Of a stretch of DNA of 30,666 nt, positions 26,205-30,666 are shown one piece after another. Position numbers and translations under genes: made by a program. The notes beneath the pieces were generated by a model. It did not search any database, was not told where the DNA came from, and saw only the letters and a program-made list of their open reading frames with translations. The DNA is from a virus (Duplodnaviria > Caudoviricetes): positions 1-30,666 of IMG/VR virus record IMGVR_UViG_3300038379_000535. One strand, 5' to 3'. Each line of letters starts with the position of its first letter. Within the stretch, counting starts at the first letter, position 1.

Positions 26205-26627
26205 ATGGATCTACGAACAGGAAAGACGTACGCGAGCGTCGTGGTGCTCCTGGCGCTGCTCGGAGGCGTCGTCGATGCCGCCGCCCAGCCGAAGCCGGTG
26301 ATCCCGGTGCTCGGCGTCGGCGAGCTCGTGCTCGTCGTGGATGCGCCGCTGGCCAGAGCGCAGGCGCAGACGTATCGCGCCTACATCGACGCACGGCCGG
26401 CGCTGGCGCTCACGGTGACGTGTGTGGCGGTTGGGAGCGGCAGCGAGTGCGCGGCACCGCTCAGCGCGCTCAAGCTGACCGGGCAGCATGCGATCGAGGT
26501 GACGGCCGTGGTCGTGGCCGCGGACGGCGAGCGGGAGAGTCCGCGGGTGGCACTCCCTTTCGACTTGTCGTTGGCGGCTCCCCCTGTCGCCCCGAGCGCG
26601 TCGGGCAAAGTGCGCCCGCAGCCGTAG
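26205..26627 (+). CDS. Putative exported Ig/FN3-like protein
   Basis: RBS AGGAG; signal ...YASVVVLLALLGGVVDAAA-QP; Cys pair; C-terminal PVAPSASGKVR. Confidence 0.7.
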   Translation: MDLRTGKTYASVVVLLALLGGVVDAAAQPKPVIPVLGVGELVLVVDAPLARAQAQTYRAYIDARPALALTVTCVAVGSGSECAAPLSALKLTGQHAIEVTAVVVAADGERESPRVALPFDLSLAAPPVAPSASGKVRPQP

Positions 26628-26700
26628 CGATCGGGGTGATGGCGTGGACCCAATGGGACATCGAAGTGGACGCGCTGGGGCGTGTGCTGGCGAGGCCGCG

Positions 26701-27171
26701 ATGCTGACCAAAGTGGGCGTGACCTATCAGGACTGGGTACGCGAGACGGCCGATCAGGCGTGGCGCTACCGCGCGATGCGCGCGTTCATGACGTGTTGTG
26801 TGGCCGTGGCCCTCGTCCTCGCGATGGTCACGCTCTGGATCGTGACACTCAGCGCGCAGAAGCCCGCACCCGCCCGCGTCGGCGCGCCGATCCTCCTCGA
26901 GTGGGACGCGGTCGAGGGCGCGGAGTCGTATCGGGTGACGGTGCTCTCGAATGGGCATCGGTGGCCGTGGGATGTGAGGGAGCCGCGGATGTTGATCCCC
27001 GCGCCGCTCGTCGGGCAGGTGTTCGAGGTGCGAGTCGCGGCGGTGATAAACGGCGAGGCTTCGTCGCCGGCGAGCGTGACCGTGGTGGGGCGATCGAAGA
27101 TGGGGACGAGTCAGGCACCGAGTGCGCCGATTCGCGTGAGGATTCGGCGGCCGGAGGCTGGAGACGAGTAA
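26701..27171 (+). CDS. Putative exported FN3-like protein (alternative start 26776)
   Basis: MRAFMTCCVAVALVLAMVTLWIVTLSA-QK; FN3 signature LEWDAVEGAESYRV...FEVRVAAV.NG..S. Confidence 0.75.
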   Translation: MLTKVGVTYQDWVRETADQAWRYRAMRAFMTCCVAVALVLAMVTLWIVTLSAQKPAPARVGAPILLEWDAVEGAESYRVTVLSNGHRWPWDVREPRMLIPAPLVGQVFEVRVAAVINGEASSPASVTVVGRSKMGTSQAPSAPIRVRIRRPEAGDE

Positions 27172-27786
27172 ATGGCCGACCTGTGCACGGGATCGTCGAG
27201 TCCGAACAGCTGCTCGCACTTCGTCGTCCAGGGCGTCGACGACGGAGAGGCATGGTCGCTCCATACGAGCGACGGCGAGTTGTCCGAGCCATTGACCGCA
27301 GAGGAGTCCGCCACGCTCCGGCGGCTCTTGCTCAGGAAGCTGCGACAGAAGGGGATTCCGCTGCCGCAGTTTATTGGCCGCGTGGTGCGCGGCGAGGAGG
27401 CAACAAACGTGAAGAGTTGCAACCTGCTTGGCCCTGGCGTGACCGTGACGAAGACGAACATCGGCACGTCGTGGGTGAACGTGCTCCCTGGGGCCAACGG
27501 TGAGCGGTCGCTGGTGGACTTCACGGGCTGCACCGAGTATCGGCTCATCGCGAGTGCGAACCTCGTGGGGAGTGGCCCCTTCGGTCTGCGTGTCGTACGG
27601 GACAGCGACTCGGTGGCGCTTTACGAGAACGCGAACATCGCGCAGACGGGCGAGCGCGAATTGGACACCGATTGGCAGACGCTTCCGGCGGAGGCAAGTG
27701 GTCTCGCGTTGGTGCGCGTGCAGGCAAAGTCGGTCACGGCCACGGATGACCCGGTGTTTCGCCGGGTGACGATGCTGGTGAAGTAG
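27172..27786 (+). CDS. Hypothetical virion-associated protein
   Basis: RBS GGAG; abuts the upstream stop; beta-rich C-terminal domain. Confidence 0.65.
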   Translation: MADLCTGSSSPNSCSHFVVQGVDDGEAWSLHTSDGELSEPLTAEESATLRRLLLRKLRQKGIPLPQFIGRVVRGEEATNVKSCNLLGPGVTVTKTNIGTSWVNVLPGANGERSLVDFTGCTEYRLIASANLVGSGPFGLRVVRDSDSVALYENANIAQTGERELDTDWQTLPAEASGLALVRVQAKSVTATDDPVFRRVTMLVK

Positions 27787-27787
27787 C

Positions 27788-28891
27788 ATGCCCTACAACC
27801 CGTTCAGCCTCACCGGGATTGCCCCCGAATCCGTGATTATGTCGTCGTCGACGGGGTATGGGGATATATCCCTGATGATCCTGGATGGGACCACGGAGAA
27901 ACTCGGCTTTCGGTTTTTCGCCTCTGGTGCATCAGCGATCACCCATGTGAATGTCCGGCTCAACATCGTCGGGACACCGGGAAGTTTTCGCACGGGGATC
28001 TTCACGGACGACGGCACGGGCAACACACCAAATGCGCAAGTAGGCGATTGGACGGGGACTTGGGCCGCGCCCGGCGCTGATGGCATGTCCGGCGCGCAGG
28101 CCCTCGCGACGGACACGGGTGACTTGACGCCAGGGGCCGCCTATTGGGTCGTGATTGAGTATGTCAGTGGCACACTCGATGGGTCGAACTACATCCAACT
28201 ACAACGGCTCGCGAACGTGGGGGCCAGTCTCAGCATGGTGCTGTGTCGTCACCATAATGGCACGAACTGGACCACCACTACCTCACAGACGGCAACGCCG
28301 ATCTTCACGTTAACACACGCGGATGGCGATCTCACGGGCTATCTCGCGGGACAGTCGGCGTCCATCAGTAATTCATCGGCCACGGCGATCTACGGCAGTA
28401 ATCGTGAGGCCCTGCGGTTCCGGTCGGGCGCACAGATGCGGGTGTACGGGTGCCTGTTCATGATCGACAAGGTCGGGACACCGACCAGCGGGTTGGTCAT
28501 CAGTGTCTACGAGGGTGACACCCTCAAGAGCACGATCACGCATGCGGCTGGGTTTGTGGCGGACTCCAGCGGTTCGACATTCCCGGCGTTATTCGATGAT
28601 CCCCCGCTGCTCTCGGCGGACACGGACTTGTTCATCGTCTTCGAGCATGAGAGTGCCGGCGGGAGCGGGAGTCAGTACTATCGCCTGTGGGTCACGCGCT
28701 GTATATCGGAGGCGGAAGTCGAATTACTGGCCGGCGAACATTGGAAGATGGTGTATGGGTCTGGGAATCCATCCACGATGACGCCGGTCACGACGGAGAT
28801 TCCTTTTGTGACGCTGCTCACCAAACTGCCTGCGGAAGGGTTTGACCAAGCGCGCGTCTCCCCCCGCACACGCCCCCTAAGGAGGGCCTAA
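27788..28891 (+). CDS. Putative carbohydrate/receptor-binding protein with two tandem beta-sandwich domains; lower GC
   Basis: Repeated F-R-F...(N/K)xxGTP pattern, LTPGAAYWVVIEY; related to the domain inserted in the fibre. Confidence 0.65.
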   Translation: MPYNPFSLTGIAPESVIMSSSTGYGDISLMILDGTTEKLGFRFFASGASAITHVNVRLNIVGTPGSFRTGIFTDDGTGNTPNAQVGDWTGTWAAPGADGMSGAQALATDTGDLTPGAAYWVVIEYVSGTLDGSNYIQLQRLANVGASLSMVLCRHHNGTNWTTTTSQTATPIFTLTHADGDLTGYLAGQSASISNSSATAIYGSNREALRFRSGAQMRVYGCLFMIDKVGTPTSGLVISVYEGDTLKSTITHAAGFVADSSGSTFPALFDDPPLLSADTDLFIVFEHESAGGSGSQYYRLWVTRCISEAEVELLAGEHWKMVYGSGNPSTMTPVTTEIPFVTLLTKLPAEGFDQARVSPRTRPLRRA

Positions 28892-28892
28892 C

Positions 28893-29405
28893 ATGCCTGC
28901 CCCGCCTGCTCTCGACAACGCCCGCACCGGCACGCCGGACGGTTCGAGTGGGATTCAGATCGCGACCGTCGTCGTCCAGGAGGGCACCTTCGAGGCCCCG
29001 GCCGGCATCGCGCTCACCGACCGGCTCGCGGCCGGCCTGACGCCGGACCGCAACGACATCAGCGCCGTCGACACGGCGACGGACATGTCGACGACGGACT
29101 TCGCCGGCAGCTCGGGCGCGAACCTGTTCGCGATCAACAACCGGGGGGCGATCGTCGTCTGGTGCACGTTCGACGACGCGGTCGCCTCGGCCACGGTGCG
29201 GCTGATTTACTACGACGGCAGCAACAACCCGCTGTTCGTCGGGCCGCCGCTGACGTTCACGGCGCTGGCGCAGCGCATCTCGTCCTCTGGTCACTACATG
29301 ACAGAGCCGCAGATCGTCGAGTCCTACGGGGCGAGCAAGTGCCGGCCGTATCTCGTGACGCTCGGCAGCGGCAACGTCGCGGACATCTTCGCGCACCCGA
29401 TCTGA
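28893..29405 (+). CDS. Hypothetical virion-associated protein (small beta-sandwich)
   Basis: RBS AAGGAGG; high-GC3 codon usage; beta-rich C-terminal domain. Confidence 0.7.
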   Translation: MPAPPALDNARTGTPDGSSGIQIATVVVQEGTFEAPAGIALTDRLAAGLTPDRNDISAVDTATDMSTTDFAGSSGANLFAINNRGAIVVWCTFDDAVASATVRLIYYDGSNNPLFVGPPLTFTALAQRISSSGHYMTEPQIVESYGASKCRPYLVTLGSGNVADIFAHPI

Positions 29406-29419
29406 GGTAATGGACCGAC

Positions 29420-30118
29420 ATGAGCTTCGGCGCGATCCCGCTGCTGTTCTGGCGGACGTCAGCAGGCACAGCCTACTCGCTCGTCTGCGAGGCCGGCAGC
29501 GTCACGATCGCCGGCCAGTCGGCAGCGCTCGAACGTGGGCTGAGGCTCGTTGCTGCGGCGGGGACGGTCGAGGTCGCGGGACAAGCGACGACGCTGCGCG
29601 CGTCCCTGACACTCGCGTGCGGATCTGGGGCGGTCGAGATTGCGGGCGGCGCGGCGACGCTGATCCGGGGCAAGTTCGTCGTCGCCGAGAGTGGGAGCGT
29701 CACGGTTGCCGGGAGCGCGGTCACCCTGCGCGTCTCGCGGCTGTTGGCTCTGGCCGCCGGGGCGGTGCTGGTCGTCGGCTCGTCAATAGGGCTGACGGTG
29801 CACCGAGAGGTCGTAGCCGAGGCTGGTGCCGTCGTCGTCAGCGGGCAGGCGGCGGCGCTACGGCACGGCCGCGCGATCGTCGCGGGGTCTGGTGCCGTCA
29901 CGATCGCGGGATCGTCGGCGGGTCTGCGGGCGGATCGACGACTCGTCCTCGGGGCCGGCACGGTCGTGGTGGCCGGCACGGACGTGACGATGACGGTCGG
30001 CGTGATCTCCGCGATCACGCTCCTGTCGCTGACCGACGAAGTGCTCCGTGTCGCGGGGGCGACCGGCGAAGTGTGGCGCGTGGCGGGCGTGTCGGGTGAG
30101 ACGCTGCGACCGAGGTGA
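29420..30118 (+). CDS. Repeat protein: eight 22-aa beta repeats plus 10-aa C-terminal repeats
   Basis: Exact 22-aa periodicity (L/V)xAxxGxVxxxGxxxxL over aa 21-196. Confidence 0.75.
   Translation: MSFGAIPLLFWRTSAGTAYSLVCEAGSVTIAGQSAALERGLRLVAAAGTVEVAGQATTLRASLTLACGSGAVEIAGGAATLIRGKFVVAESGSVTVAGSAVTLRVSRLLALAAGAVLVVGSSIGLTVHREVVAEAGAVVVSGQAAALRHGRAIVAGSGAVTIAGSSAGLRADRRLVLGAGTVVVAGTDVTMTVGVISAITLLSLTDEVLRVAGATGEVWRVAGVSGETLRPR
29480..30007 (+). repeat. Degenerate 66-bp coding tandem repeat, 8 copies
   Basis: LVCEAGSVTIAGQSAALERGLR / LVAAAGTVEVAGQATTLRASLT / ... / LVLGAGTVVVAGTDVTMTVGVI. Confidence 0.85.
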
Positions 30119-30144
30119 CCATCAGAGATCGGGAGGACTGACGA

Positions 30145-30576
30145 ATGGCTGCGTTCAACCGCTACAACATCTTCGCCGAGGATCTGGCGAACAAGATTCA
30201 CGACCTCTTCGGCACGACCGACACGCTGAAGGTGCTCCTCTCGAACACGGCCCCGAACGCGGCGACCCATGCCGTGAAAGCGGATGCCACCGAGATCTCG
30301 GCCGGCAATGGCTACTCGGCCGGCGGGGTCGACATCGACAACGACGGCACGCGCAGCACGAACGTGGTGACGGTGACGGCCGCCGACAAGACGATCACAG
30401 CGTCGGGCGGATCCATCGGCCCCTTCCGCTACGCGATCCTCTACAACGACACGCCGACGTCACCCGCTGACCCGCTGATCGGCTGGTGGGACTACGGGTC
30501 GAGCATCACGCTCGCGGACGGGGAGTCCTTCACGTTGGACTTCGGCGCGAGTCTGCTGACGATCACGGCGAGCTAG
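30145..30576 (+). CDS. Conserved phage virion structural protein (fibre/appendage subunit candidate)
   Basis: RBS GGAGG; DTLKVLLSN.AP, EISAGNGYSAGG, ASGGSIGPFRYAILYNDT, LIGWWDYGSSITLADGESF match a widespread phage protein pattern. Confidence 0.8.
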   Translation: MAAFNRYNIFAEDLANKIHDLFGTTDTLKVLLSNTAPNAATHAVKADATEISAGNGYSAGGVDIDNDGTRSTNVVTVTAADKTITASGGSIGPFRYAILYNDTPTSPADPLIGWWDYGSSITLADGESFTLDFGASLLTITAS

Positions 30577-30580
30577 GCCG

Positions 30581-30666
30581 ATGGCGATCACGCGGTTCGA
30601 GTCGGACGACGCGGTCAACGAGCGGACCGACGCCGAGTACGCGACGCGGTTCATCGAGGCCTCCGG
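30581..30666 (+). CDS. Partial ORF truncated by the window end
   Basis: ATG 4 nt after the previous stop; MAITRFESDDAVNERTDAEYATRFIEAS... open to the end. Confidence 0.55.
   Translation, partial: MAITRFESDDAVNERTDAEYATRFIEAS

Noticed and set aside
29480-30007. CRISPR-like or non-coding repeat array
   Set aside because: Periodicity is at the protein level with degenerate DNA; no identical repeats or unique spacers
1-30666. Gene transfer agent or tailocin interpretation
   Set aside because: Cos-type Nu1/GpA terminase, full head module, long tape measure and no sheath indicate a lambdoid siphovirus; domestication cannot be judged without flanking sequence

Overview
The window is the complete late (virion morphogenesis and lysis) region of a high-GC, lambda-like siphovirus or prophage. 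All credible genes are on the + strand and most are translationally coupled. Head module: Nu1-like TerS, GpA-type TerL, an Xis-like HTH gene, gpW, lambda-type portal, a stand-alone LexA-like HTH gene, HK97-type prohead protease, major capsid protein and a DUF2190-like cement fusion. Tail module: head-tail connectors, tail tube, G/GT tail chaperones with a clear -1 frameshift site, tape measure, a Dit-like protein, a tail hub and a fibre. Lysis: holin-like gene and peptidase M15 endolysin, followed by a second block of appendage-like genes that runs off the window end. The most unusual feature is at least five genes inside the late operon whose products carry apparent Sec signal peptides. Four of the five have an even number of Cys in the predicted mature chain and four have Gln at +1. 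One is a 1055-aa heparinase II/III-like polysaccharide lyase. This suggests the phage exports part of its late or structural proteome, possibly for periplasmic maturation and post-lysis assembly, or for remodelling the cell envelope. Other notable signals are a parS-like site, operator-like repeats directly behind each embedded HTH gene, a structured RNA leader that occludes the tail-chaperone RBS, and a 22-aa-repeat ruler-like protein. All family assignments come from motif recognition by eye; no database searches were run.
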